Below are positions 1 through 10,225 of a DNA stretch of 64,000 bases, piece by piece. The translations under genes were made by a program, and so were the position numbers. The DNA is from Spirochaetia bacterium (GTDB lineage: Bacteria > Spirochaetota > Spirochaetia > CADAEX01), in contig JAZURI010000011.1 of the NCBI GenBank assembly GCA_045606105.1, positions 1-64,000 of the forward strand, written 5' to 3'. The notes below the pieces were generated by a model. The model was not told the DNA's origin and searched no databases. It was given only the letters and a program-made list of their open reading frames with translations. The first letter of the stretch is position 1; every line of letters starts with the position of its first letter.

Positions 1-8
1 GCTTTTCC

Positions 9-37
9 GTTTTATCAGTTTTAACTTTTTATGTCAA
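9..37 (-). promoter_or_regulatory. sigma70-type promoter (downstream of tandem pair) firing off the left edge
   Basis: Minus strand TTGACA (37-32), 17 nt spacer, TG-a-TAAAAC (14-9); A/T-rich UP-like tract upstream. Confidence 0.6.
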
Positions 38-125
38 TAACTTTTTAAAACTTTTTTTAAATCAGTCCAGGTCTCGTAACCCGGAGATCATCTACATGTT
101 GCTGCTGTCTCTCGACTGCCTTGAC

Positions 126-154
126 AACTTACTACTTCCGCTCTTTTTTGTCAA
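126..154 (-). promoter_or_regulatory. sigma70-type promoter (upstream of tandem pair), rRNA-operon-like
   Basis: Minus strand TTGACA (154-149), 17 nt spacer, TAAGTT (131-126); A-tract UP element at 157-180. Confidence 0.6.
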
Positions 155-179
155 CTGTTTTTTAAAAAATTTTTTATTT

Positions 180-626
180 TTAATCAAGCCTCAATGTTGC
201 ACCAAGCCACAGACATGATGACTTGAATGTAAACTGCGGTTTAGGTAACAGTTCCAGCCCCGGATCAAACTCCAGGAATATCTCCACGAAATCATCCATA
301 AGAGGGAGCTCAAGTGTCAGAGGGACATTGAGACCTGCAATATATTCGTCATCATTGAAGCCCAGTCTTGCAAATCCGCCTACTCCCACGGATGCTGTGA
401 AAGGACCTGCAAAAGGTCTTGAATTGATCAGTGTATATGAACCGCCGAGGAATACGAACTCCTCACCGCTTGTAAAGTCATAACCGATTTTTCCTACAAA
501 CGGATCCACCGAAAATGTAAGAACCGTATTCGGATGTCCGAATCCCACCCCCACTCTTTTTTCCTGTGCGGATGCTGCCAACGGAATAAGAATCAGCATA
601 GCTAAGATAATGGCAATTTTTTTCAT
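180..626 (-). CDS. Secreted small beta-barrel-like outer-membrane protein (hypothetical)
   Basis: Signal peptide ending AASA; amphipathic Gly/aromatic beta-strands; C-terminal WLGATLRLD; SD GGAGG upstream. Confidence 0.6.
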   Translation of the reverse strand: MKKIAIILAMLILIPLAASAQEKRVGVGFGHPNTVLTFSVDPFVGKIGYDFTSGEEFVFLGGSYTLINSRPFAGPFTASVGVGGFARLGFNDDEYIAGLNVPLTLELPLMDDFVEIFLEFDPGLELLPKPQFTFKSSCLWLGATLRLD

Positions 627-706
627 GTTTTCCTCCCAATTGTTTCTATATATTTATCGGATTTCTTTAGAAATGTTTAACAGAAAAAAATATTTTTATT
701 CTTCTT

Positions 707-1708
707 TCATTCTGCTGAAGAAGCGGTGCTTTCAGAACTTTCTCCCAAGCTGTTGCTTTCCCCGTCTCCCTTTTCATCATCGCTGTCAGCCTCAGGATTA
801 TATCCCTTTATAAGACCTGATTCATCTATTATTTCCCTGATGTCAGATATATTGAGAAGTTCACGGTTGGTGTAAAGGTCATAAAGCTCCTCTTTATCCT
901 TGAACCCTTCCTTCAGGGCCTGCTCAAGGGCTTCGGCTCCGGCATCCCCCTCTCCGGTATAAGTCAGGTATATGACACTTTTCCTGAAGAGTATTCCGGC
1001 AGTACTTCCGGTCCGGCTGTTCTCGGTATTGTATTCAATGACATCATCTGCCATTTCAAGATATTTTGCATAAAAGCCCCCCTTATCATAGGCAAGAAGG
1101 AGAAAATCCGATATTTCAATCTCCTCATCCTCCAGCTCAAGAGCCTTTTCGCCATACATTGCCGCCTTTGCCATATCGCCGGAATTGAAGGCTGTCTTGG
1201 CTATCTCAAAATAGAGGGCACTGTTTTTGGTATCAAGCTTTTCCAGTTCCAGAAGGAGACGGAGCGCCTCTTCATCCTGTCCCTCCTCGGCAAGGAGAAC
1301 CGCATAGTTGAATGAGGCATCGAAATCGGCAGGATTCCGATCCAGTATGCTCCGGTAAATTTCCATGGCCTTTTCAGAATTATCTATCTTATAATAACAG
1401 TAGGCCTGCACGGAACGGAGTGTGGCGTTGTCCTCTTCCTCCTCAAGAAGGCTTTCTATTATTTCCAGGGCGTTTCCGTATCTTCCGGCCAGCATGTAGC
1501 TTTTGGCCAGGTTGAAGGTGGCTGAAGCAAATCCGTTGTCATATTCGGCAGCCTTGAGAAAGGCACGGGCCGCAGATTCAGCCTCGCCCAGCTTCAGGTA
1601 GGCATTTCCCAGATTGAAATAGACCTGTGCAAACTCCTTTCTGGAAGGGGCAAAGACACAGGATGAACACAGAATCAGAAAAAGCAGGATAAGGGTTCTC
1701 AGTATCAT
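707..1708 (-). CDS. Tetratricopeptide-repeat lipoprotein
   Basis: Hydrophobic N-terminus with SSC lipobox; repeated TPR motifs (YFNLGNAY, TFNLAKSY, FNYAVLL); acidic Ser-rich tail. Confidence 0.8.
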   Translation of the reverse strand: MILRTLILLFLILCSSCVFAPSRKEFAQVYFNLGNAYLKLGEAESAARAFLKAAEYDNGFASATFNLAKSYMLAGRYGNALEIIESLLEEEEDNATLRSVQAYCYYKIDNSEKAMEIYRSILDRNPADFDASFNYAVLLAEEGQDEEALRLLLELEKLDTKNSALYFEIAKTAFNSGDMAKAAMYGEKALELEDEEIEISDFLLLAYDKGGFYAKYLEMADDVIEYNTENSRTGSTAGILFRKSVIYLTYTGEGDAGAEALEQALKEGFKDKEELYDLYTNRELLNISDIREIIDESGLIKGYNPEADSDDEKGDGESNSLGESSESTASSAE

Positions 1709-1711
1709 GGC

Positions 1712-2509
1712 TTATTTCAGGCACCGGAAAGCAATACCCGGCTCCCCCTCCGGCGAGAAAAATGAAAGTGAGAAATCCCGGTCCCTGTCAAGGTAATAAC
1801 GGGGAACAAACCATCCTGCAAAGGTTCCCAGGGCCGCACCGGCCAGAACATCGGTAAAGAAATGGTTTCCGGAAAGGATTCTCAGGACACCCACCGCACC
1901 GGCTGCGGCAAAGGAGACTCCTGCCACAAGATATCTACTGTTTTCGTCCGGATGGAGATCCCAGTACACCTTTGAAAGAAAGGATGCAGATGCAAAAGCC
2001 ATTGTGGAATGACCTGAAACAAAGGACCTTGAGGAATCATCATCCCTCAGCATGGAGTTTTTCGTATCATCATAATAGGTATACGGCCTGTATCTGGTCA
2101 CCGTGCTTTTTATCAGCTCCTTGAAGGAATGGGCAAGAGCCAGGGTTTCAAGATACATGAATCCCAGTTCAGCCATCTCTCCTCCCGTGCGGTCAAAAGC
2201 CAGGATTCCCGGCATTACCATGGCTGCAGCCAGAACTATATCTCCGGCAGTATCCAGATTTTCGGAATAATCGTGCATCATGGCACGGTCAACAAAGAAG
2301 ACATCATTCTTATGAAGCCTGTCTAAGCCGTACTCCAGGGCAGTATCCTTGGAATGGAACTCCCGGGTGACATAATCGGCCGCAAGAAAAGCGGCTGTAA
2401 AGGAATTGAGAACCACAGCCTTCTTTACGGTATGCCTGTAAGGTATATCGGCTCCCGCAAGGGCTGCGGCTGAAATCAACAGAAAAAATATAAGTAATGC
2501 TTTTTTCAT
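1712..2509 (-). CDS. PAP2 family phosphatase
   Basis: KxxxxRxRP (KSTVTRYRP), SFVSGHS and RILSGNHFFTDVLAG motifs. Confidence 0.88.
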   Translation of the reverse strand: MKKALLIFFLLISAAALAGADIPYRHTVKKAVVLNSFTAAFLAADYVTREFHSKDTALEYGLDRLHKNDVFFVDRAMMHDYSENLDTAGDIVLAAAMVMPGILAFDRTGGEMAELGFMYLETLALAHSFKELIKSTVTRYRPYTYYDDTKNSMLRDDDSSRSFVSGHSTMAFASASFLSKVYWDLHPDENSRYLVAGVSFAAAGAVGVLRILSGNHFFTDVLAGAALGTFAGWFVPRYYLDRDRDFSLSFFSPEGEPGIAFRCLK

Positions 2510-3468
2510 CTGCCGTTTACAATCATCCTCACAAACTTTTCGGTTTCCGGAACCGGTACACCGGTTTCCCTTCCCATTCTTACAACTGCACCGCCGAAGG
2601 CCTCCAGTTCAATCCTGGACTTGCCCTTTTCAATATCAAGCTGGAAGGAGGATTTGGCTTCCGGTGCAAGATTCTCCCCTATCCTCATGGCATATTCGAT
2701 ATCGTAGCTTGTCAGTACCACACCCTTCTTTCCGGCAATGGCCTGAATCTCTCCCATGATGGCATACAGGCTTTCCCTGAGTCCCGGACACTCCCAGGCC
2801 TCGTGCATTGTCTTTGATGTGGCTCCCGTAACAAGGGAGAAAGGTGAAACAAAGAGGAACTTTCTCCAGATGGATTCAAAAGGCTTCTCGTTCCAGTAGA
2901 TCTTGAGCCCCATGTTCCTGAACATAGCCTGGATTTCCTCGCCGTCGAACTCCGGTCTTTCCGGATCGGGACCGGAGTAGATCTTTGCCACATCACCCTG
3001 AAGCTTGACCACACCCGGAGATTCTATCTTCGAGCTGATATATACGCAGGAAGGAAGGACTATACTTTTTGGTGCAATCGCCTTGATGCGCTCATAGCTG
3101 TCCACACCGTTGAGAAGAGGCATGATGACAGAATCGCTGTTGAGTCTCGGTTCCACCATTCTCATGGCTTCATCCAGGTCATAATCCTTTACGGCCAGCA
3201 TGAGGAAATTTATGTAAGGCAGATCCAGAACCTGATCGGTAACCATGTTGGGGATACATACCACGGGATCCTGCTTGTAGAGCTTGAGGGTAAGTCCGTT
3301 CTTCTTGATTGCCTCAAGATGGCGTCCCCTGGCCACGAAGGTGATATTCCTCCTGTCCCTGAAATTGCTTGTGATATTTATTGCAAAAAGACCGCCGAAG
3401 TATCCGCCGACACCGCCCAGTCCCATAAAAACTATATTGTTGTAAGCACTGCTTTTGTCCAAATTCAT
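2506..3468 (-). CDS. panE: 2-dehydropantoate 2-reductase (ketopantoate reductase family)
   Basis: GLGGVGG Rossmann motif, VARG, AVKDYDL, LLNG, WRKFLF, SSFQLD...ELE. Confidence 0.85.
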   Translation of the reverse strand: MNLDKSSAYNNIVFMGLGGVGGYFGGLFAINITSNFRDRRNITFVARGRHLEAIKKNGLTLKLYKQDPVVCIPNMVTDQVLDLPYINFLMLAVKDYDLDEAMRMVEPRLNSDSVIMPLLNGVDSYERIKAIAPKSIVLPSCVYISSKIESPGVVKLQGDVAKIYSGPDPERPEFDGEEIQAMFRNMGLKIYWNEKPFESIWRKFLFVSPFSLVTGATSKTMHEAWECPGLRESLYAIMGEIQAIAGKKGVVLTSYDIEYAMRIGENLAPEAKSSFQLDIEKGKSRIELEAFGGAVVRMGRETGVPVPETEKFVRMIVNGR

Positions 3469-3580
3469 ATTTTTCTCCGTATATTATAAGTATAGCAGAA
3501 GTTTTTCCCACAGACAAGTATACTTTACTTACATATAATTTTATGTTAGTATCTAAAGTTAATCAAAAAGAGAGGCAACC

Positions 3581-4672
3581 ATGACTTTTGAACCGGGACA
3601 GGAACTGTCAACCACAATAATCGCCATATCGGGAGAGAGTGTTTTTCTTGATTTAAATGCAAAGAGTGAAGGTATCCTGCCTGTTTCAGAGATTCTGGAC
3701 AAAGAGGGAAATCTTCTTTTCAAGGAAGGAGATACCGTCAGGGTCTATTTCACCGGCAGCAGAAACGGAGAAATGATTTTCACCAGAAGAATCGGAAGGG
3801 AAAACACCGATGCCGCCATGCTTGAAAATGCATTCAGGAAAAATATTCCGGTGGAGGGCTCCATACAGAAGGAAATCAAGGGGGGATTCGAGGTTTCGGT
3901 AGGACCTGCAAGAGCCTTCTGTCCTTATTCACAGATGGGCTTCAGGGAAAAGAAGGAGCCTTCTGAATATGTGGGAAGAACACTGACCTTCAGGATCATG
4001 GAATACAGGGACAACGGAAAAAGCCTAATGGTTTCAAACCGTGCCATCCTGCAGGAGGAGCACGATTCAAGGATAAAGGAGCTGAGCAGGAAGCTGCCTG
4101 AGGGAACAAGGGTGGAATGTACCGTGGAATCGCTTCATGAATACGGCGCCTTTGTTGATATCGGAGGCTTCAGAGCCCTTCTTCCCATTTCGGAGGTTTC
4201 CAGGGAAAAGGTGGATGATATCAGCACCGTACTTTCTCCGGGAGATAAGCTGGAGGTGGAGATCATCAGGGCCGACTGGCAGAGGGAACGGGTTTCCGTA
4301 AGCCGGAAGAACCTCCTTGCCGATCCGTGGGACAGGGCGGAAAAGGATTATCCCGAAGGAAAAAAGCTTACGGGAGCTGTTTCAAGGATTGCGGATTTCG
4401 GTCTTTTCATAAATCTGGAGCCGGGACTGGACGGACTTGTCCACATTTCGGAGCTTGAGGATGTGGATGAGGGGACAAACCTGAGAAAGGTTTTCAGCAT
4501 CGGGGAAAAAATGTCAGTCACCGTAAAGTCGGTTGACGGAAAAAACAGAAGAATTTCCCTTAAGCCGGCCTCCACACCGGAGCAGGACAAGGATGCCGAA
4601 AAATACATGAGCAGCCAGAACAGCGAAGAGACATACAATCCTTTCGCAGCGCTCTTTTCAAAAAAGAAATAA
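3581..4672 (+). CDS. S1 RNA-binding repeat protein (short, about 4 S1 domains; 30S S1-like)
   Basis: Repeated S1 motifs (YGAFVDIGG, FGLFINLEPGLDGLVHISEL, RRISLK); C-terminal YNPFAALF. Confidence 0.85.
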   Translation: MTFEPGQELSTTIIAISGESVFLDLNAKSEGILPVSEILDKEGNLLFKEGDTVRVYFTGSRNGEMIFTRRIGRENTDAAMLENAFRKNIPVEGSIQKEIKGGFEVSVGPARAFCPYSQMGFREKKEPSEYVGRTLTFRIMEYRDNGKSLMVSNRAILQEEHDSRIKELSRKLPEGTRVECTVESLHEYGAFVDIGGFRALLPISEVSREKVDDISTVLSPGDKLEVEIIRADWQRERVSVSRKNLLADPWDRAEKDYPEGKKLTGAVSRIADFGLFINLEPGLDGLVHISELEDVDEGTNLRKVFSIGEKMSVTVKSVDGKNRRISLKPASTPEQDKDAEKYMSSQNSEETYNPFAALFSKKK

Positions 4673-4688
4673 TTAGCGGAGTACATCA

Positions 4689-6014
4689 ATGAGTTGTGAC
4701 AGAAGTTTATTTTCCAGCAGGATAGGATTCATACTGGCTGCGGCAGGTTCGGCAGTCGGTCTGGGAAACATATGGAGATTTCCTTACCTTGCCGCTAAGA
4801 ACGGCGGAGGAATGTTCCTTCTTATTTATATAGTTTTTGCCCTGACAGTGGGTATTTCCATCATGATTGCGGAAATCGCCATCGGAAGAAAAACAGGTCT
4901 CAGCGTGTGCAGTGCATACAAGAAGCTGAACAAAAAATATGCATTCATCGGTGTGGCAGGAGCAATAGTACCGGCCATTATCCTTCCTTATTATTCCGTA
5001 ATCGGCGGATGGATCCTCAAATATCTTTTTTCATATTTGTCAGGAGAGGGTGCGGCACTGGCAGGTGATAACTTTTTCGGAGACTTTATCTCACATACCA
5101 CTTCCCCGCTGTTATGGTTCCTGTTTTTTATCGGTTCGGTTACAGCCGTCATCAGTTTCGGTGTAAAGCAGGGTATCGAAAGAGCCAGCAAGTTTCTCAT
5201 GCCTATACTGTTCCTGCTGACAATTGCTATCGCAATATATTCAGTTACACTTCCGGGAGCCATGGAGGGTGTCATATACTACCTTAAACCGGATTTCAGC
5301 CTTCTTACCATCAACAGTGTTCTCAATGCCATGGGACAGATGTTCTACAGCCTTTCTCTGGCCATGGGAATCATGATTACCTACGGCTCATATCTGGACA
5401 GGAAAACCGATATCGAATCTGCGGTATCAAAGATTGCCATAATCGATTCCATGGTAGCATTCCTTGCAGGCCTCATGATTATTCCTCTTGTATTCGTATT
5501 CATGGGAGAAGATGGCCTGGGAACAGGACCTGGACTCATGTTCATCACATTGCCTAAGGCTTTTACCGGAACGATTTGCGGCAGCATTATCGGAGCAAGC
5601 TTCTTCCTGCTGGTGTTCTTTGCAGCCCTTACCTCTGCCATTTCCCTCATGGAGGCAGTAGTTGCAAGCCTTCAGGACGAATTCAGAATATCAAGAGGCA
5701 GATCCATTGCGGTAACACTTATCCTGAGCATAATGCTGGGTATTCCGTCATCGCTGGGAAACGGTGCCTGGTCAGGCTGTCTTGTTTTCGGAATGGATTT
5801 CCTTTCATTCTTCGACTACCTGAGCAACAACATCATAATGCCACTGGTGGCCATAGTCACATGTTACTTTGTAGGCTTTGTAATCAAGCCTGAAGCAATA
5901 ATCGAAGAGGTGGAGCTTTCCTGCACATTCAGGAAAAAGAAAATGTTTTCCTATATGATCAGATATATTGCTCCGGTATGTATTTTCCTGATTCTTGTCA
6001 CACAGTTCCTGTGA
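4689..6014 (+). CDS. Sodium-dependent transporter, neurotransmitter:sodium symporter (SNF/NSS) family
   Basis: GSAVGLGNIWRFPY signature, GQMFYSLSL, GPGLMF; about 11-12 TM helices. Confidence 0.95.
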   Translation: MSCDRSLFSSRIGFILAAAGSAVGLGNIWRFPYLAAKNGGGMFLLIYIVFALTVGISIMIAEIAIGRKTGLSVCSAYKKLNKKYAFIGVAGAIVPAIILPYYSVIGGWILKYLFSYLSGEGAALAGDNFFGDFISHTTSPLLWFLFFIGSVTAVISFGVKQGIERASKFLMPILFLLTIAIAIYSVTLPGAMEGVIYYLKPDFSLLTINSVLNAMGQMFYSLSLAMGIMITYGSYLDRKTDIESAVSKIAIIDSMVAFLAGLMIIPLVFVFMGEDGLGTGPGLMFITLPKAFTGTICGSIIGASFFLLVFFAALTSAISLMEAVVASLQDEFRISRGRSIAVTLILSIMLGIPSSLGNGAWSGCLVFGMDFLSFFDYLSNNIIMPLVAIVTCYFVGFVIKPEAIIEEVELSCTFRKKKMFSYMIRYIAPVCIFLILVTQFL

Positions 6015-6027
6015 AAAAGGGCGGGAC

Positions 6028-6056
6028 TTGAAGCAACTGTTTTTTTACTGTAGAAT
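6028..6056 (+). promoter_or_regulatory. Putative sigma70 promoter of pckG
   Basis: TTGAAG-17 nt-TAGAAT, followed by SD-like GGGAG before ATG 6077. Confidence 0.5.
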
Positions 6057-6076
6057 TAAATAAAAAGGGAGAGAAT

Positions 6077-7909
6077 ATGACAATAAACGATATCAAACAT
6101 GCAAAAGTCAAGGCATGGGTTGAGGAAATTGAGAAACTCTGTACACCGGATGCCGTTCATGTATGCGACGGTTCCAAAGAGGAATACGATGCACTTATGA
6201 AGAAGATGGTGGATTCGGGGCTTGCCATTCCTCTCGCAAAGAAGCCAAACAGTTTCCTTTTCAGATCCCGTCCTTCCGATGTTGCAAGAGTGGAAGCCAG
6301 AACTTTCATTTCTTCCGTAAAGGAAGAGGATGCAGGTCCTACAAACCACTGGATTGATCCTGAAGAACTCAAGGCAAAGATGACTAAGCTCTATTCAGGC
6401 TGTATGAAGGGGCGTACACTTTATGTCATTCCGTTCAGCATGGGTCCTGTGGGCTCCCCTATTTCAAAGAACGGTATCGAAATCACAGATTCAGAATACG
6501 TTGTATGTAACATGCATATCATGACAAGAGTGGGAACTAAGGTTCTTGAAGCTCTCGGTACAGACGGAGAATTTGTTCCTTGTCTCCATTCCGTAGGAAA
6601 ACCTCTTGCAGAGGGAGAATCGGACAACGGAATCTGGCCATGTGCAGATATGGATGACAAATATATCAGCCAGTTCCCGGATGACAAGGCAATCTGGTCA
6701 TACGGTTCAGGCTACGGCGGAAACGCCCTGCTGGGAAAGAAATGCTTTGCACTCCGTATTGCTACGGTTCTTGCAAGGGATGAAGGCTGGCTTGCAGAGC
6801 ATATGCTCATTCTCAAGCTTACAAACCCTGAAGGGGAAGTAAAATATGTTACAGGAGCTTTCCCATCAGCCTGCGGAAAGACCAACCTGGCAATGATGAT
6901 TCCAAAAATTCCGGGCTGGAAGGTGGAGACCATCGGCGATGACATTGCATGGATGAAATTCGGCGAGGACGGCAGACTCTATGCCATCAACCCTGAAGCG
7001 GGATTCTTCGGCGTAGCACCGGGAACATCTGAAAAATCAAACAAGAATGCCCTTGAATCGGCCAAGGAAAATACAATCTTTACAAACTGTGCCCTTACAG
7101 AGGACGGAGATATCTGGTGGGAAGGAATCGGTTATCCTGCAACAGGAAAGCTGGTTGACTGGAAAGGAGAAACAAGAGATGCCCTTCCGAAGGACAAATC
7201 ACCAAAGGGAGAAGAATTTGCTCACCCTAATGCCCGTTTTACAGCACCTGCAAACCAGTGTCCTTGTATAGCACCTGAATGGGAGGATCCAAAGGGAGTT
7301 CCTATTTCCGCATTCCTTTTCGGAGGACGCAGACCTTCTACAGTTCCGCTGGTACATCAGGCAAGAGACTGGAACCACGGTGTATTCCTGGGATCAATCG
7401 TAGGCTCCGAAGTTACAGCAGCCGTTATTTCAGATAAGGTGGGACAGGTCAGAAGAGACCCGTTTGCAATGCTTCCGTTCTGCGGATACAACATGGGAGA
7501 TTATTTCAGCCACTGGATCGGTATGGGAGAAAAATCAACAGAGGACAAGCTTCCTAAGATTTTCTATGTAAACTGGTTCAGAAAGGATGAGGAAGGAAAT
7601 TTCATGTGGCCGGGTTACGGTGAAAACTCAAGAGTCCTGGCATGGATCTTTGACCGCTGCAACAACAAGGACAATGCGGTGGAAACAGCCATCGGTTACA
7701 TGCCTAAGGCCGGAGCTCTCAATACAGAGGGACTTTCCGAAAGCGACATCAGCAATATTCCTGCAATCACCTCAGTTGACAAAGAGGGCTGGCTCAAGGA
7801 AATCAAGGATATCAGGGAAAACCACTATCCTAAATTCGGCAGCCATCTTCCTGAAGAGCTTTTAAAACAGCTTGATATTCTCGAAGAAAACCTCAAAAAA
7901 ATGAATTAA
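6077..7909 (+). CDS. pckG: Phosphoenolpyruvate carboxykinase (GTP)
   Basis: [49 protein letters not shown]. Confidence 0.97.
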   Translation: MTINDIKHAKVKAWVEEIEKLCTPDAVHVCDGSKEEYDALMKKMVDSGLAIPLAKKPNSFLFRSRPSDVARVEARTFISSVKEEDAGPTNHWIDPEELKAKMTKLYSGCMKGRTLYVIPFSMGPVGSPISKNGIEITDSEYVVCNMHIMTRVGTKVLEALGTDGEFVPCLHSVGKPLAEGESDNGIWPCADMDDKYISQFPDDKAIWSYGSGYGGNALLGKKCFALRIATVLARDEGWLAEHMLILKLTNPEGEVKYVTGAFPSACGKTNLAMMIPKIPGWKVETIGDDIAWMKFGEDGRLYAINPEAGFFGVAPGTSEKSNKNALESAKENTIFTNCALTEDGDIWWEGIGYPATGKLVDWKGETRDALPKDKSPKGEEFAHPNARFTAPANQCPCIAPEWEDPKGVPISAFLFGGRRPSTVPLVHQARDWNHGVFLGSIVGSEVTAAVISDKVGQVRRDPFAMLPFCGYNMGDYFSHWIGMGEKSTEDKLPKIFYVNWFRKDEEGNFMWPGYGENSRVLAWIFDRCNNKDNAVETAIGYMPKAGALNTEGLSESDISNIPAITSVDKEGWLKEIKDIRENHYPKFGSHLPEELLKQLDILEENLKKMN

Positions 7910-7922
7910 ATTCCTTTATCGG

Positions 7923-7957
7923 TTGACACCATAAGTTATCTTATACTAACTTATGGT
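7923..7957 (+). promoter_or_regulatory. feo promoter with overlapping 11-bp perfect inverted repeat (candidate metal-responsive operator)
   Basis: TTGACA at 7923; ACCATAAGTTA (7928-7938), 8 nt, TAACTTATGGT (7947-7957) ends directly before the feoA ATG. Confidence 0.7.
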
Positions 7958-8209
7958 ATGACCGATAATATTATTACCCTCGACAAGCTCAGACCGGGCG
8001 AAAGCGGAACAATTTCCAAAGTAGGCGGTCAGGGGGAGTTGAGATTAAGGCTTCTTGACATGGGACTCATACCCCGCACCAGGGTTTTTCTTCAGAAGGT
8101 TGCTCCCATGGGAGATCCCATCGAAATACAGATCAGAGGCTATGAACTCACACTCAGGGCAGATGATGCCAAGAATATAACAGTTATTCCTGACGGAGGT
8201 AAAAAATGA
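7958..8209 (+). CDS. feoA: Ferrous iron transport protein A
   Basis: RLLDMGLIP...APMGDPIEIQIRGYELTLR; overlaps feoB start. Confidence 0.95.
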   Translation: MTDNIITLDKLRPGESGTISKVGGQGELRLRLLDMGLIPRTRVFLQKVAPMGDPIEIQIRGYELTLRADDAKNITVIPDGGKK

Positions 8210-10215
8210 TTTTTGCCTTAGTCGGAAACCAGAACTGCGGAAAAACTACCCTTTTCAATGCGCTTACAGGTTCAAACCAGCATGTGGGAAACTTCCCGGG
8301 CGTTACCGTAGATCAAAAAATGGGAGAAATAAAGGGGACAAAGAACTGCTCAGTGGTAGACCTTCCCGGCGTTTATTCCATGCGCCCCTACACAAACGAG
8401 GAAATCATAACCAGAGATTTCATCATTGACGGAAAACCGGATGCCATAATCAACATTGCAGATGCAACAAACATAGAAAGAAACCTCTATCTCACCCTGC
8501 AGCTGATGGAGCTTAGGATTCCTATGGTTCTGGCTCTGAACATGATGGATGAAGTAAGAAACAACGGAGGCTCCATAGACATCCCGCTTCTGTCTGAAAA
8601 TCTCGGTATTCCGGTGGTGCCGATCTGTGCCTCCCAGAAAGAGGGTATTTCGGAGCTGATTGATCAGGCGGTCAAGACTGCGAAGAACAAGACATTGCCT
8701 AAAATCAAGGACTTCTGTCCCGAAGGTCCAATCCACAGATGTATCCATGCAGTGGCCCATGTAATTGAAGACCATGCCCAGAAGGAAAATCTTTCCAAGA
8801 GATTCTGTGCCATCAAGCTTATCGAAGGGGATGAATTTCTTACACGCCGGCTGGAGCTGGATGCAAATGAAACAGATCTCATCGAACACAGTATAGTGGA
8901 GATGGAAAGAGAAACAGATTTCGACAGAAACGAAGCTCTTGCCTCCATGCGGTATGCGTTCATAGAAAAAGCCATAGAAAAAGCTGTAAAAAAACCTAAA
9001 CAGAGCAAGGAGCTTACCCGTTCCATAAAAATTGACAAAATACTTACCGGAAAATATACTGCGATTCCTGTATTCGTCCTGGTAATGATGACAGTGTTCT
9101 ATCTGACCTTCAATGTCATCGGTCAGCCGCTCAGCGACCTGCTGGCAGCAGGGATTGACGGGGTCATAGCCATGGCAGACAGAGGCCTTGAAGCCTACGG
9201 AATAAACCATGTGGTTCACAGCCTTATCATAGACGGTATTTTTGCAGGTGTGGGAAGCGTACTTAGCTTTCTCCCTCTGATTGTAACTCTCTTTTTCTTC
9301 CTTTCCATATTGGAAGACCTGGGTTATATGGCGAGAATTGCATTTGTTCTTGATAAACCGCTCAGAAAAATCGGTCTTTCGGGCAAAAGCTTTGTTCCGA
9401 TGCTCATCGGATTCGGATGTACCGTTCCTGCAATAATGGCAACCAGAACCCTTTCCTCGGACAGGGACAGAAAAATAACCATACTTCTCACACCGTTCAT
9501 GAGCTGTCCGGCAAAGATTCCTATCTATACGGTTTTCTGCGCCGCTTTTTTCAGCAGCTGTCAGACATTGGTTATAACAGTTCTCTACTTCCTGGGAATA
9601 GGAGTGGCAGTACTGATTGCATTGATTCTCAAAATTTCACTTTATAAGGGAAATGCAGTACCATTTGTGATGGAGCTCCCTAACTACAGGCTCCCTTCCG
9701 CCAAGAGCGTACTTATACTGCTCTGGGAAAAAGCAAGAGACTTTCTTCAGAAAGCCTTTACCATTATCTTCCTGGCAACAATAATAATCTGGTTTCTCCA
9801 GACCTTTGATACCAGGTTCAATCTGGTACAGGACAGCGCAGACAGCCTTCTGGCTCTGATAGGTCAGGTTATTGCCCCTCTGTTTGCCCCTCTGGGCTTT
9901 GATGACTGGAGAGCAGCAACCGCACTTATTACAGGAATTATTGCAAAGGAGGCCGTGGTAAGTACCCTGGCTGTGCTTATCAATGTGGATATGGAAAACC
10001 TTCACAGCTCCCTTTCCATGTACTTCACCTCAGCCTCTGCTGTCAGCTTCCTGGTCTTCTCCCTGCTTTACACCCCGTGTGCCGCGGCTGTGGCTGCAAT
10101 ACGCAAGGAGATGAATTCAAGATCCGCAACCCTTATGATAGTCATAATGCAGTGTTCCGTGGCCTGGATTGCTGCATGGATATGTTTCAATACCATAGGC
10201 CGTATTCTGATGTGA
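8206..10215 (+). CDS. feoB: Ferrous iron transport protein B
   Basis: GNQNCGKTT, GNFPGVTV, DLPG, NMMD GTPase motifs; membrane domain with GFGC and YTPC. Confidence 0.97.
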   Translation: MIFALVGNQNCGKTTLFNALTGSNQHVGNFPGVTVDQKMGEIKGTKNCSVVDLPGVYSMRPYTNEEIITRDFIIDGKPDAIINIADATNIERNLYLTLQLMELRIPMVLALNMMDEVRNNGGSIDIPLLSENLGIPVVPICASQKEGISELIDQAVKTAKNKTLPKIKDFCPEGPIHRCIHAVAHVIEDHAQKENLSKRFCAIKLIEGDEFLTRRLELDANETDLIEHSIVEMERETDFDRNEALASMRYAFIEKAIEKAVKKPKQSKELTRSIKIDKILTGKYTAIPVFVLVMMTVFYLTFNVIGQPLSDLLAAGIDGVIAMADRGLEAYGINHVVHSLIIDGIFAGVGSVLSFLPLIVTLFFFLSILEDLGYMARIAFVLDKPLRKIGLSGKSFVPMLIGFGCTVPAIMATRTLSSDRDRKITILLTPFMSCPAKIPIYTVFCAAFFSSCQTLVITVLYFLGIGVAVLIALILKISLYKGNAVPFVMELPNYRLPSAKSVLILLWEKARDFLQKAFTIIFLATIIIWFLQTFDTRFNLVQDSADSLLALIGQVIAPLFAPLGFDDWRAATALITGIIAKEAVVSTLAVLINVDMENLHSSLSMYFTSASAVSFLVFSLLYTPCAAAVAAIRKEMNSRSATLMIVIMQCSVAWIAAWICFNTIGRILM

Positions 10216-10225
10216 GGTAGATAAA

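Noticed and set aside
8350-9219. Long antisense ORFs (also 35704-36663, 41438-42259, 44718-45551, 57104-57943)
   Set aside because: All lie opposite well-supported conserved genes and carry no recognisable motifs.
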